A model generated the notes under the pieces. That model worked only from the letters and a program-made list of their open reading frames with translations. It ran no database searches and was not told where the DNA came from. A stretch of DNA of 63,912 nucleotides, the filler included, from Octopus bimaculoides (Eukaryota), in the NCBI RefSeq assembly GCF_001194135.2. It is 6 parts of 5 records of this genome, joined end to end, with 100 filler letters (N's around TTAATTAATTAA, not from the genome) between each part and the next. Parts side by side here need not be neighbours in the genome. Positions count along the whole stretch, not along the records: positions 1 to 11,925 come from NC_069006.1; positions 12,026 to 25,133 come from NC_068981.1; 4 more parts are not named here. One strand, 5' to 3'. Below, piece by piece: positions 1 to 13,605 of the stretch; the stretch's first letter is position 1, and the number at the start of each line of letters is the position of its first letter. The position numbers and the translations under genes are program-made.

Positions 1-30
1 TATCACGTCCTCGCGTTGTTGTTTTTTGAA

Positions 31-74
<44 letters not shown>

Positions 75-1047
75 GTGACGTGGAGTAGCGAGAGTTGTAT
101 GGCGGTGGGGTGTGGTGTGAGAGATACTGAAGATAGTCGCGCTAGGTGCTGTGATAGAAACGCGCAACTGAGAGCGACAGGAGTATTGTGACTGGCAAAA
201 AACGGCGAGGAAGGAGTACTTCACAGCGAGAAGCGTGACGGGAGTCTGGTGTCGAGAGTAGTCGTAATGGAGTGATGTGAGAGTAGTGGGGAGAGGAACC
301 ATGCAAAGGGAGTCTCTGGCGGGAGTGGCCAGACTGGAGCAGTGTACGAGTGGGAGGTATGGCGAAGCGAATTTGTGGTTTTGATGTGTGTGTGTGGTGG
401 GTGATGAGGTGGGAGAGTGGCCGTGCTGGAGTAATGAAGGAACGGGGAATTAGTGGAGCGGAAATTCCATCGTGGTCGTCATGTGGTACTGGGAAGAGGA
501 ATAATGGAAGGAGTACCGAAGTGGAGTAGTGAAGGAAGTCTCTGGCGGAAGTGGCCATACTGGAGTAATTTGGAGGAGAGATTGGTGTAGCGGAAAATTG
601 TGGTCGTGATGTGAGTGTGATGAGGTGGGAGTTACTGTAATAAAAAGGGGGCGCAGTAAAAAAAAAAAATGGGAAGATCAGAAAGAAGATAAAAATATTA
701 AAAAAAAGACATTATTATAAAGGAAATGAAAAACAAAAAATGTAAAGTTCATCCATCTTCTTGAGTGAGAGTCACGGATACTGGATAAGGCCATGATGAT
801 ACTCTTGGGAGTAGGAAGGAACTGGCATGGCACCATTTGGTTAGAGACACACACACACACACACAGGACATATTTTCTAGCTGTCATACGAAGAGAAGGA
901 GTTAAAATGGAAGGAAAGGTTGTGCAAGACAAGACCTCGAGAAAACATTTGTCATAGAAACAAAAGATGGGATCGTTCGTGCGCGCGAATCTGTGTGCGT
1001 GAGTGTGTGTATGTATGTATACACACACACACATATATATACGTGTC

Positions 1048-1078
<31 letters not shown>

Positions 1079-2689
1079 CGTATACGTATATATATTCATA
1101 CATATACGTATATATATATATATATACATATACATACGTATATATATATATATATATACATACATACNNNNNNNNNNNNNNNNNNNNNNNNNNNNNNNNN
1201 NNNNNNNNNNNNNNNNNNNNNNNNNNNNNNNNNNNNNNNNNNNNNNNNNNNNNNNNNNNNNNNNNNNNNNNNNNNNNNNNNNNNNNNNNNNNNNNNNNNN
1301 NNNNNNNNNNNNNNNNNNNNNNNNNNNNNNNNNNNNNNNNNNNNNNNNNNNNNNNNNNNNNNNNNNNNNNNNNNNNNNNNNNNNNNNNNNNNNNNNNNNN
1401 NNNNNNNNNNNNNNNNNNNNNNNNNNNNNNNNNNNNTATATATATATATATATATATATACATACAAATACAATTAATATATATTGAAATTGTGGTGCTA
1501 TATGGTGTTAACTGATGAGGGACCGAGCATAGCTGCATTTAGCGTGTGTGTGTGTGTGTGTGTGTGTCTGCGTTTTCCTGTTATTCCGTATGCCCCTTGC
1601 TCATCCCCTGTGCCAGAGTTTTGTTATAAACACAAACACACACCTACCTATCTATCTATCTATGTTTGTTGAGACAGGAGAGCGAAAGAGACGAAGAAAG
1701 ACCTGGGAAGAGGTAAAGAGATAGCAAGAGGCGTGTCTTTTACGCATGGAGACATCAGACGTGTTTTTGCAGTGCCTAATGGCACCAGCAGTATTGGTTT
1801 TCAGTGTGTCTGGCATTTTCCCAGGAACTTTTCTGTTGTGGTCATCGACAAATGTTTCTTATTTTCACGCCCCTCCTCCTACTCTATCTTCTTCTTCTTC
1901 TTCCTGTCATCATTGTTGCGTCCTTTATTCTCCCCCTATACCCAGCATGCAATATCAATTTGCTCCTCTTATTTTCACTCTACGAGCTTCTTCTTTATCA
2001 CTCCCGTCGCCTCTGTCAACGACGTGCCATTCACTACCATTATTACTATCACCATGATCTGAAGCGTCCTAGCCGTTTCCACCCCGTCTTTTTACACACA
2101 CACACAGGGAGAGACAAAAATAATAGTGTCTATTCATTTTTTTTTACATGTTGAGTTATATATTAAGATAATAAATATTGCATTAAACTGGAGAATTACT
2201 CAATACTCTTTAGCAAAATGCATTATACTTTTACGAGTGGTGACAGTGACTTCGAAGTTTCATCGCGTTCACCTTCATCGAGCCAAGATACATTCGAGTT
2301 CATCTTGGCTTTATATAGTTTTTGGTGAGTTTGTTTTATTCTGGGGTAGGAGGAGCTTTATTGAATGGTAACTAGTTAATAAGAATGAGTTTGATGAGAA
2401 GATATAATTGAAGGTTTTATTATTTAAGGTTGGAGTTGTGTTATTGCTCAGAGTTCAGTCAAGCTTGTATAAATTTGTAATCAGGTGTGTCAGCTACAGT
2501 TTTAAGGGGCAGCTGCTTAGAGACCCACTACATTAGGTGGTATTTTTCAACTGTTTGAGACTTATTTATATTTAGGTCTGTCACGAACACTAAGACACAA
2601 ATGGCCGGGGTTTAAGTGTATGAGTGATAGAGTTTACAACACTTACCAGCACTGAACGAGAAGCCGGCCCGTCGCAGGGGTTAACTTCC

Positions 2690-2866
2690 TGGCGACTGCT
2701 GGAGCTTACTTATAGCTGGGTGGACTGAAGCATCGTGAAATGAAGTGTTTTGCTCAAGAAAACAATGCAGAGCCCGATCCGGTAATTGAAACTATGATCA
2801 TGAGACCAACATGCATAACTACCAGGCAACACAGATTTTCTGAGAGTTACACAAATACATATTTGG
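2690..2866 (-). mobile_element. tRNA-derived SINE (family C), degenerate
   Basis: gaagcatcgtgaaatgaagtgttttgctcaagaaaacaatgc matches the reverse complement of the copy at 48598-48920. Confidence 0.65.
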
Positions 2867-3154
2867 GATGGAGAGCATGATACACACATACATGAACACA
2901 TACACAAACACACACAAATACAGGCTGAAGCACTCAATAATCCTTAATGTCATCAAAATAAGATCGTTGTTCGTTATGTTTTCTCTTCCAGATGGTGAAA
3001 CAGTCCGTAGCAGATTTTATAGAAATAATAGCCGGGGACATTGCGAAGGCGGGTCTTGGTTCCTCATTTTCTGCTTCGGTTCATTGACAATGTCATGCAG
3101 AACTTTACGCTTCAATGAATCTAATTTCTGATTTTCATTGTTATTTGTTTTTAA

Positions 3155-3395
3155 TATCTTTTATCTTTTTACTTGTTTCAGTTACTGGACTCCGACTTTG
3201 GTGGAGCATCGCCTGGAAGGGTTGTAGTCGAACAAATCGACACGAGTACTTATGTTTTTCTTTTTCTTTTCCTTTTTAGGTCTGGTACATATTCTCTCGA
3301 TCATTTTTATCGATCTGCGAGACATACCCATCATCTGACTACCAGTATTGGTCTGTGTATGTGTGACAAACAGACACAAAGACAGACCCACACAC
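3155..3395 (-). mobile_element. SINE family A, 3' part, degenerate
   Basis: ttttacttgtttcag...ggagcatcgcc...gtcgaacaaatcgac matches the tail of the many family A copies in this window. Confidence 0.75.
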
Positions 3396-4900
3396 ACGAG
3401 CGCCTGATGGTGGAAGCATCGCTGTTGCGGGTCGCGTATTTAGCGTCAATGAATCTGCCATAACGTTTCATTTACAAGTTGTGGAAATGATTCATTCATC
3501 ACGGATTCATCAGTTCTTTTTCTTTTTTAACTAGATGTACGTAACAGAACAGTTGCTAGTCGCTTAATTATTCATATGATTCCAGTACTTAATTTCAGAT
3601 CAAAATAATAGAGAGAAAAAAAAGAAGAATCGCATGCAGTATTAGAAATAGAGAGAAGGAATTTTTAAGGAACCTTATCTATCTTATTTTTCTCAACACT
3701 GCATAGTTCTACAGAATCTATTCATTCTTCCTACAACACACACACACATTATATATATATATACAGAGAGAAAGAGAGAGATGTGTGTCGTTATCCAGCT
3801 GGAGGAGATGTTTTCCTGGGGTTTTAAACGTCAGTAGCATTAACGTATNNNNNNNNNNNNNNNNNNNNNNNNNNNNNNNNNNNNNNNNNNNNNNNNNNNN
3901 NNNNNNNNNNNNNNNNNNNNNNNNNNNNNNNNNNNNNNNNNNNNNNNNNNNNNNNNNNNNNNNNNNNNNNNNNNNNNNNNNNNNNNNNNNNNNNNNNNNN
4001 NNNNNNNNNNNNNNNNNNNNNNNNNNNNNNNNNNNNNNNNNNNNNNNNNNNNNNNNNNNNNNNNNNNNNNNNNNNNNNNNNNNNNNNNNNNNNNNNNNNN
4101 NNNNNNNNNNNNNNNNNNNNNNNNNNNNNNNNNNNNNNNNNNNNNNNNNNNNNNNNNNNNNNNNNNNNNNNNNNNNNNNNNNNNNNNNNNNNNNNNNNNN
4201 NNNNNNNNNNNNNNNNNNNNNNNNNNNNNNNNNNNNNNNNNNNNNNNNNNNNNNNNNNNNNNNNNNNNNNNNNNNNNNNNNNNNNNNNNNNNNNNNNNNN
4301 NNNNNNNNNNNNNNNNNNNNNNNNNNNNNNNNNNNNNNNNNNNNNNNNNNNNNNNNNNNNNNNNNNNNNNNNNNNNNNNNNNNNNNNNNNNNNNNNNNNN
4401 NNNNNNNNNNNNNNNNNNNNNNNNNNNNNNNNNNNNNNNNNNNAATTTTAAATGTTAAATTTTAGATTTAAATTCTTATTCATCTGAAGAAAACTTTTTT
4501 TATTATTATTTATCATGTATATTATTATTTATCATGTACATTGAGTTGTTCATCAATAAATAAAAACGCATCTGAAAACAGCTGCAGTGAACCTCGAAAC
4601 ATTTGTGTTCTTGGATGTGTGTGTGTGTATATAGCCCTGGAAAACCCCAATAGAAGAGCCTGAGGTACGTTATTCATTAAGTTTGTGGAAAACAAGTCAT
4701 TTACAAGTGGTCTAACAGCTATAATTGTTAGTCCTTCAAACGTCAAAGCTGATAGGAGAATCTACTACCATATATATATATATATATTTAATTATTTATA
4801 TATATTTATTTATATATATTTAATTATATATATATATATAGTTATTTAATTATTTACATATATTTATTTATATATGTTTATTTATATATATATATATACC

Positions 4901-7900
4901 TAAGTACGCACGAATGAACAAACTGACGTACGTACGTAGCTACAAAAGACCGAACGATCTTACGTCGGAACGTAGGTACGTACATTAGAGTGAACGTAAG
5001 CACTTGCGTACGAAAGAAAGATCGAACGAACGAACGTACGTACATACATCCGTACGTAGGAACGATCGAACAAATGAACTAACGTATGTACGTACGGACG
5101 ACTAAACAAACGAACGAACGAAAAAAAGAACGATCGAATGAAAGAATTAACGAAAGAGCGAACGAACGAACGTACGAGCCAACGAACGAAAGAACAACAG
5201 AACGAACGAAGGTACGTACGTACAAACGAACGTACGTACGTGCGTTCGTACGTACGTGTGTGCGTACGGACATGTGCACGTACGAACAAACGAACGAAGC
5301 AACGAACAAAGGGTGGAACGTTTGTACGTACGTTCATACGTAAGGAACGAACGTAAGTACGTACGAACGATCGAGCGTACTTACGGACCAACGTACGTAC
5401 GTAGATAAGTACTTACGAACGATCGTACGTACGTAGATAAGTACGCACGAATAAACAAACTAACGTACGTACGAACGAACGAAAAAAATGAACAAACAAA
5501 CGTACGTGCGTACGTCCGAACGTAGGTACGTACGAACGAACAGAAGAACGTACGAACGTAGTACGTATATTCGAACGAACGAACGCACTTGCGTACGAAA
5601 GAAAGGTCGAACAAACGAACGAACGTACATACATCCGTACGTATATAGGAACGATCGACCGCGCAAACAAATGAACTCACGTATGTACGTACGAATGACT
5701 AAACGAACGAAATTAAGGAACGAAAGAACTTACGTTCGAACGAACACACGAACGATTGAACGAAAAAATTAACGAACAAACGTACGTATGGACGAACGAG
5801 CGAACGTAGGTACGAATGAACGCCCGAACGAAAGAACGACAGAACTAACGAAGGTACGTACAAACGAACGTATGACGTGCGTTCGAACGTACGTACCTGC
5901 GTACGTACATGCACACGTACGAAAGAACGAAGCAACGAACAAAAGGTGGTACGTGTGTACGTACGTTCAGACGTAAGAAGGAACGAACGATAGAGCGTAC
6001 GTACGTACGTGCGAACGAACGAACGTACGTACGTACGTACGAATAAACAAACGAAAGTAACGAGCAAAGAACGAACGACCGAACTATCGAAAGAATGAAC
6101 CAACGAACGAACAAACAAACGTACGTACGTACGCTCGAGCGAACGAAGCAACGTACGTCCGAACGCAGGTACGTACGAACGAACATAAGAACGAACGAAC
6201 CAACGTAGGTACATATATCCGTACGTATGTAGGAACGATCGCACGAGCGAACAAATGAACTAATGTATGTACGTACGAACGACTAAACGAACGAAATTAA
6301 GCAACGAACGAACGAGCAAAGAACGGACGAAGGAACGAACGAACGTACTTATGTACGTACGGACAAAGAAAAAAACGAAAGAACGAAAGAACTAACGAAG
6401 GTACGTACGAACAAACGAACGTACGTGCGTATGTGCGTACGACGTGCGTTCGTTCGTTCGTACGTTCGTTCTTACGTACCTACATTCGGACGTACGTTCG
6501 TTCGTTCGTTCGTTTGTTCGTTCATTCTAATGTACGTACTACGTTCGTCCGTTCTTTTGTTAGTTTGTTCTTCTGTTAGTTCGTTCTTTTGTTCCTTAAT
6601 TTCGTTCGTTTAGTCGATCGTACGTAAATACGTTAGTTGATTTGTTTGATCGTTCGTACGTACGTTCGTTTGTTTGTTTGTTCGATCTTTCTTTCTTACG
6701 CAAGTGCATACGTTCGTCCGTTCACTCTAATGTGCGTACTACGTTCGTTCGGTCGTTTGTACGTAGGTACGCACGTTCCTTCGTTCGCTCCATCGTACGT
6801 ACGTACGTTTGTTTGTTCATTAGTTGGTTCATTTTTTCGTTAGTTCGTTCGTTCGTTCGTTTGTTATTACGTACGCACGTTCCTTCGTTCGCTCGATCGT
6901 TCGTACGTACGTACGTTTGTTTGTTCATTCGTTCGTTCATTTTTTCGTTCGTTCATTCGTAGGCATGTACGTTCGTTTGTTTATTCGTGCGTACATACTT
7001 ACGTACGTAGTTACATAAGTACGTACGGACGAAGAAAAAAAAACGATCGAACGAACTAAAGTAAGTACGAACGAACGAAGGAAAGAACGACAGAATTAAC
7101 GAAGGTACGTACGAACGACAGGACAAACAAACGTACGTGCGTATGTGCGTACGTGCGTACGAACGTACGTACCTGCGTACGTGCGTGTCTGCGTACGTAC
7201 ATGCGCACGTACGAACAAACGAAAGAACGAAGCAACGAACAAAAGGTGGTACGTTTGTACTTACGTTCATACGTAAGAAGGAACAAACGTAGGAACGTAA
7301 GTACGTACGAACAGACGAACAAAAGAACGATCAAATGATCGAACGAAAGAATTAACGACCAAACGTACGAATGAACGAACGAACGAATTTGCAAAGAATG
7401 AACGAAGGAACGAACGTACGTACTTATGTACGTACGGACGAAGAAAAAAACGTACGTACGAACTAACGAACGTACGTACGTATGACGTGCGTATGTGCGT
7501 ACGACGTGCGTTCGAACGTACGTACCTGCGTACATGCGTGTGTGCGTACGTACATGCGCACGTACGAACGAAAGAACGAAGCAACGAACAAAAGGTGGTA
7601 CGTGTGTACGTACGTTCAGACGTAAGAAGGAACGAACGTAGGAACGTAAGTACGTACGAACGATAGAGCGTACGTACGTGCTAACGAACGAATGAACGAA
7701 CGTACGTACGAAGAAAAAAAAACGATGGAACGAACGAACGAACGAACGACCGAACTAACGAAAGAATGAACCAACGAATGAACAAACAAACGTACGTACG
7801 TACGATCGAACGAACGAAGCAACGTACGTCCGAACGCAGGTACGTACGAACGAACATAAGAACGAACGAACGAACGAACGTACGTACGAACGTAGTNNNN

Positions 7901-10900
7901 NNNNNNNNNNNNNNNNNNNNNNNNNNNNNNNNNNNNNNNNNNNNNNNNNNAGGAACGTAAGTACGTACGAACGATAGAGCGTACGTACGTGCTAACGAAC
8001 GAATGAACGAACGTACGTACGAAGAAAAAAAAACGATGGAACGAACGAACGAACGAACGTACGTACGTACATATATCCGTACGTATGTAGGAACGATCGC
8101 ACGAGCGAACAAATGAACTAACGTACGTACGAACGAACGACTAAACGAACGAAATTAAGCAACGAACGAACGAAAGAACTTACGTTCGAACGAACAGACG
8201 AACAAAAGAACGATCGAACGAAAGAATTAACGAACAAACGTACGTACAAACGAACGGACGAACGAGTGAACGTACGTACGTAGGTACATATGTACGAATG
8301 AACGAACGAACGAGCAAAGTACGAACGTACTTATGTACGTACGGACGAAGAAAAAACGATCGAACGAACTAACGAAAGAACGAAAGAACTAACGAAGGTA
8401 CGTACGAACGACCGAACAAAGGAACGTACGTATGTATGACGTGCGTATGTGCGTACGACGTGCGTTCGTTCGTTTGTTTGATTGTTCGTTCGATCTTTCT
8501 TTCGTACGTTCGTTCGTTTGTTCGTTCATTTTAACATATATATGTTCGTTCATTATATGTTCGTTCGTATATATGTTCGTTCATTTTAACATATATATGT
8601 TCGTACGTTCGTTCTTTCTTTTGTTCGTCCTTACGTACCTACGTTCGGACGTACGTTTGTTCGTTCGTTTGTTCCTTCGTTCGAATGTCCGTTCTTTTGT
8701 TAGTTTGTTCGTTCGTTCAGTCGTTTGTGCGTAGGTACGCACGTTCCTTCGTTCGCTCCATCGTACGTACGTACGTTTGTTTGTTCATTCGTTGGTTCAT
8801 TTTTTTCGTTCGTTCGTTCGTTCTTACGTACCTACGTTTGTTCGTTTGTATGTACGCACGTTTCTTCGTTTGCTCGATTCGTTGGTTCATTGTTTCGTTA
8901 GTTCGTTCGTTGGTACGTACGTATGTACGTTCCTTTGTTTATTCGTGCGTACATACTTACGTACGTAGTTACATAAGTACGTACGGACGAAGAAAGAAAC
9001 GATCGAACGAACTAAAGTACGTACGAACGAACGAAGGAACGAACTAACGAAATAACGACAGAATTAACGAAGGTACGACCGAAAAAACGAACGTACGTGC
9101 GTATGTGCGTACGTGCGTACGAACGTACGTACCTGCGTACGTGCGTGTGTGCGTACGTACATGCGCACGTACGAACAAACGAACAAAAGGTGGTACGTTT
9201 GTACTTACGTTCATACGTAAGAAGGAACGAACGTAGGAACGTAAGTACGTACGAACGATCGAGCGTACGTACGTGCGAACGAACGAAGGAAAGAACTTAC
9301 GTTCGAACGAACAAACGAACAAAAGAATTAACGACCAAACGTACGAACGGACGAACGAGCGAACGTACGTACGTACGAACGAACGAATTTGCAAAGAATG
9401 AACGAAGGAACGAACTTATGTACGTACGGACGAAGAAAAAAACGATCGAACGAACTAACGTACGTACGAACGAACTAACGAAAGAACGAAACAACGACAA
9501 AACTAACGAAGGTACGTACGAACGACGGAACAAACGAACGTACGTACGTATGACGTGCGTATGTGCGTACGACGTGCGTTCGAACGTACGTACCTGCGTA
9601 CGTACGTGTGTGCGTACGTACATGCGCACGTACGAACAAACGAACGAACGAAAGAACGAAGCAACGAACAAAAGGTGGTACGTTTGTACGTACGTTCAGA
9701 CGTAAGAAGGACCGAACGCAGGAACGTAAGTACGTACGAACGATAGAGCGTACGTACGTGCGCACGAACGAACTAACGTGCAGCAAAGAACGAACGAATG
9801 AAAGAACGTACGTACTTATGTACGTACGTACGAAGAAAAAAACGATCGAACGAGCTAACGAACGAACGAACTAACGAAAGAACTAACGAAGGTACGTTCG
9901 TACGTACGTTCATTTTTTTGTACGTTCAATCGTTCTTTCGTACGCAAGTGCATACGTTCGTCCGTTTGTTCAGTCTAATGTACGTACTACGTTCGTTCGG
10001 TCGTTTGTACGTAGGTACGCACGTTCCTTCGTTCGCTCCATCGTACGTACGTACGTTTGTTTGTGCATTCGTTGGTTCATTTTTTCGTTAGTTCGTTCGT
10101 TCGTTCGTTCGTAGGTACGTTCGTTTGTTTATTCGTGCGTACATACTTAGGTACGTAGTTACATAAGTACGTACGGACGAAGAAAAAAAACGATGGAACG
10201 AACTAACGTACGTACGAACGAATGAAGGAACGAACTAACGAAAAAACGACAGAATTAACGAAGGTACGTACNNNNNNNNNNNNNNNNNNNNNNNNNNNNN
10301 NNNNNNNNNNNNNNNNNNNNNNNNNNNNNNNNNNNNNNNNNNNNNNNNNNNNNNNNNNNNNNNNNNNNNNNNNNNNNNNNNNNNNNNNNNNNNNNNNNNN
10401 NNNNNNNNNNNNNNNNNNNNNNNNNNNNNNNNNNNNNNNNNNNNNNNNNNNNNNNNNNNNNNNNNNNNNNNNNNNNNNNNNNNNNNNNNNNNNNNNNNNN
10501 NNNNNNNNNNNNNNNNNNNNNNNNNNNNNNNNNNNNNNNNNNNNNNNNNNNNNNNNNNNNNNNNNNNNNNNNNNNNNNNNNNNNNNNNNNNNNNNNNNNN
10601 NNNNNNNNNNNNNNNNNNNNNNNNNNNNNNNNNNNNNNNNNNNNNNNNNNNNNNNNNNNNNNNNNNNNNNNNNNNNNNNNNNNNNNNNNNNNNNNNNNNN
10701 NNNNNNNNNNNNNNNNNNNNNNNNNNNNNNNNNNNNNNNNNNNNNNNACGTATGACGTGCGTATGTGCGTACGTGCGTACGACGTGCGTACCTGCGTCGT
10801 ACGTGTGTGCGAACGTACGAACGAAAGAACGAAGCAACGAACAAAAGGTGGTACGTTTGTACGTACGTTCATACGTAAGAAGGAACGAACGTAGGAGCGT

Positions 10901-11925
10901 AAGTACATACAAATGATCGAGCGTACACACGTGTGAACGTACGTACGTAGATAAGTACGTACGAACGAACGAACGTANNNNNNNNNNNNNNNNNNNNNNN
11001 NNNNNNNNNNNNNNNNNNNNNNNNNNNNNNNNNNNNNNNNNNNNNNNNNNNNNNNNNNNNNNNNNNNNNNNNNNNNNAACAAACGTACGTACGTACGAAC
11101 GATCGAGCGAACGAAGGAACGTGCGTATATACGAACGAACGAACGTAGGTACGTAAGAACGAACGAACTAACGAAAATATGAACCAACGAATGAACAAAC
11201 AAACGTACATACGTACGATGGAGCGAACGAAGGAACGTGCGTACCTACGTACCAACGACCGAACGAACGTACATTAGACTGAACGAACGAACAAACGGAC
11301 GAACGTATGCACTTGCGTACGAAAGAAGGATCGAACGAACAAACAAACGAACGTACGTACGAACGATCGAACAAATCAACTAACGTATGTACGTACGAAC
11401 GACTAAACGAACGAAATTAAGGAACGAACGAACAAAAGAACGAACTAACAAAAGAACAAACTAACAAAAGAACGGACGAACGTAGTACGTACATTAGAAT
11501 GAACGAACAAACGAACGTACGTCCGAACGTAGGTACGTAAGAACGAACGAACGAACCTACGAACGTAGTACGTACATTAAAATGAACGAACAAACGAACG
11601 AACGTTCGAAAGAAAGATCGAACGAACAATCAAACAAACGTACGTACGAACGAACGCACGTCGTACGCACATACGCACGTCATACGTACGTACGTTCGTT
11701 TGTTCGTTCGTTCGTACGTACCTTCGTTAGTTCTTTCGTTCTTTCGTTAGTTCGTTCGATCGTTTTTTTCTTCGTCCGTACGTACATAAGTACGTTCGTT
11801 CGTTCCTTCGTCCGTTCTTTGCTCGTTCGTTCGTTCATTCGTATATATGTACCTACGTGTGTACGTTCGCTCGTTCGTCCGTTCGTTTGTACGTACGTTT
11901 GTTCGTTAATTCTTTCGTTCGATCA
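4901..11925. repeat. Complex CpG-rich satellite of TACG/AACG tetramers with recurring 35-120 bp modules and inverted blocks
   Basis: Continuous cgta/cgaa/cgtt sequence. Modules such as aaagaacgaagcaacgaacaaaaggtggtacg and tatgacgtgcgtatgtgcgtacg recur many times. Four internal N gaps. Confidence 0.95.
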
Positions 11926-12025
11926 NNNNNNNNNNNNNNNNNNNNNNNNNNNNNNNNNNNNNNNNNNNNTTAATTAATTAANNNNNNNNNNNNNNNNNNN
12001 NNNNNNNNNNNNNNNNNNNNNNNNN
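11926..12025. other. Assembly join placeholder (44 N + TTAATTAATTAA + 44 N)
   Basis: The same 100-bp structure occurs at 25134-25233, 35180-35279, 44268-44367 and 53157-53256. Confidence 0.95.
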
Positions 12026-12071
<46 letters not shown>

Positions 12072-12409
12072 AGCAACGCAATCCATAAATAAACTTTATT
12101 GGCGGTAATATGACGTAATGGCCATGTATAATTGAACAAGTATAATTGTTAATTTGCCATTGGTTCAAATTCCTTCCCATATTTGAATTCTAAACTTTTG
12201 TCCAAGAAAAATCTTTTACAAAATGCACTTCTTAGACTTCAAGTATGAGCAGTTATAAAAACCCTGATTTTTGGGAGATTAATGAGTGATCGTTGGTTGT
12301 CACTAGATTCCACAACACTCACACCAGTGTTTGTTGGTTGTCACTCATTTCCATGACACTCACTCATTTGAGATACTGGTTATTTTTATGCCATGTCTAT
12401 CTATATATA

Positions 12410-13605
12410 AAACACAAACCCCTTCAGGTAGATGGCCCTGCTCAGTATGTAGAAAAGGAGTAGGTAGTAACTCTATAAGATGTACACGGTGCAAGCTATG
12501 GACACATAAGAGGTGCAGCAATATCAAAGGCAGATTAACTACGAAGTTAGTTTTTGTATGTGGCAGATGTTCAGGTGCAATAAACACTGTAAACAAACAG
12601 GAAACAATTTCTATCTCATTACAGGGAGAAAAACTAGAGGTAGTCGATAGCTTCTGCTATCTGGGTAACCAAGTTAGTAGTGGGGGTGGGTGCGCTGAAA
12701 GCATAGCTGCTAGAATAAGAATAGCCTGGGCAAAGTTTAGCGAGCTCTTACCTCTGCTGGCGACAAAGGGACTCTCACTCAGAGTAAAAGGCAGACTGTA
12801 TGATGCATGTGTACGAACAACCATGCTACATGGCAGTGAAACACGGGCTGTGACTGCTGAGGACATGCGTAAGCTCGCAAGGAATGAAGCCAGTATGCTC
12901 CGCTGGATGTGTAATGTCAATGTGCATACCCGTCAGAGTGTAAGTATCTTGAGAGAAAAGCTGAACATAAGAAGCATCAGTTGTGGTGTGCAAGAGAGAC
13001 GATTGCGCTGGTACGGACANNNNNNNNNNNNNNNNNNNNNNNNNNNNNNNNNNNNNNNNNNNNNNNNNNNNNNNNNNNNNNNNNNNNNNNNNNNNNNNNN
13101 NNNNNNNNNNNNNNNNNNNNNNNNNNNNNNNNNNNNNNNNNNNNNNNNNNNNNNNNNNNNNNNNNNNNNNNNNNNNNNNNNNNNNNNNNNNNNNNNNNNN
13201 NNNNNNNNNNNNNNNNNNNNNNNNNNNNNNNNNNNNNNNNNNNNNNNNNNNNNNNNNNNNNNNNNNNNNNNNNNNNNNNNNNNNNNNNNNNGCCTGACTG
13301 GCCTTCGTAGGGTTTTTGAGCGAGATCGTTGCCAGTGCCCCTGGACTGGCTCTTGTGCGGGTGGCACATAAAAGACACCATTTTCGAGCGTGGCCGTTGC
13401 CAGTACCGCCTGACTGGCCTTCGTGCGGGTGACACGTAAAAGCACCCACTACACTCTCTGAGTGGTTGGCGTTAGGAAGGGCATCCAGCTGTAGAAACTC
13501 TGCCAAATTAGATTGGAGCCTGGTGTTGCCATCCGGTTTCACCAGTCCTCAGTCAAATCATCCAACCCATGCTAGCATGGAAAGCGGACGTTAAACGATG
13601 ATGAT
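12410..13605 (+). mobile_element. RTE-clade LINE, 5'-truncated: PHD-like finger, RT C-terminal/thumb region, 3' UTR and (GAT)n tail
   Basis: Translation LEVVDSFCYLG...ARIRIAWAKFSELLPLL...KGRLYDACVRTTMLHGSE...RRLRWYG is RTE ORF2-like. Tail ...gcggacgttaaacgatgatgat. Gap at 13020-13291. Confidence 0.92.

Noticed and set aside
1512-1560. CTGATGA as a hammerhead core
   Set aside because: No stem II, GAAA or NUH downstream.
2281-2310. 9-bp hairpin agccaagat/atcttggct
   Set aside because: Short enough to arise by chance in 64 kb, with no supporting context.
3455-3520. Minus-strand CTGATGA...GAAACGTT
   Set aside because: Stems I and II do not pair.
4901-11925. CRISPR-like array
   Set aside because: No constant repeat with unique spacers, no cas genes, and a eukaryotic context.
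11970-11981. TTAATTAATTAA as a biological palindrome
   Set aside because: Always centred in exactly 44+44 Ns, so it is an assembly linker.
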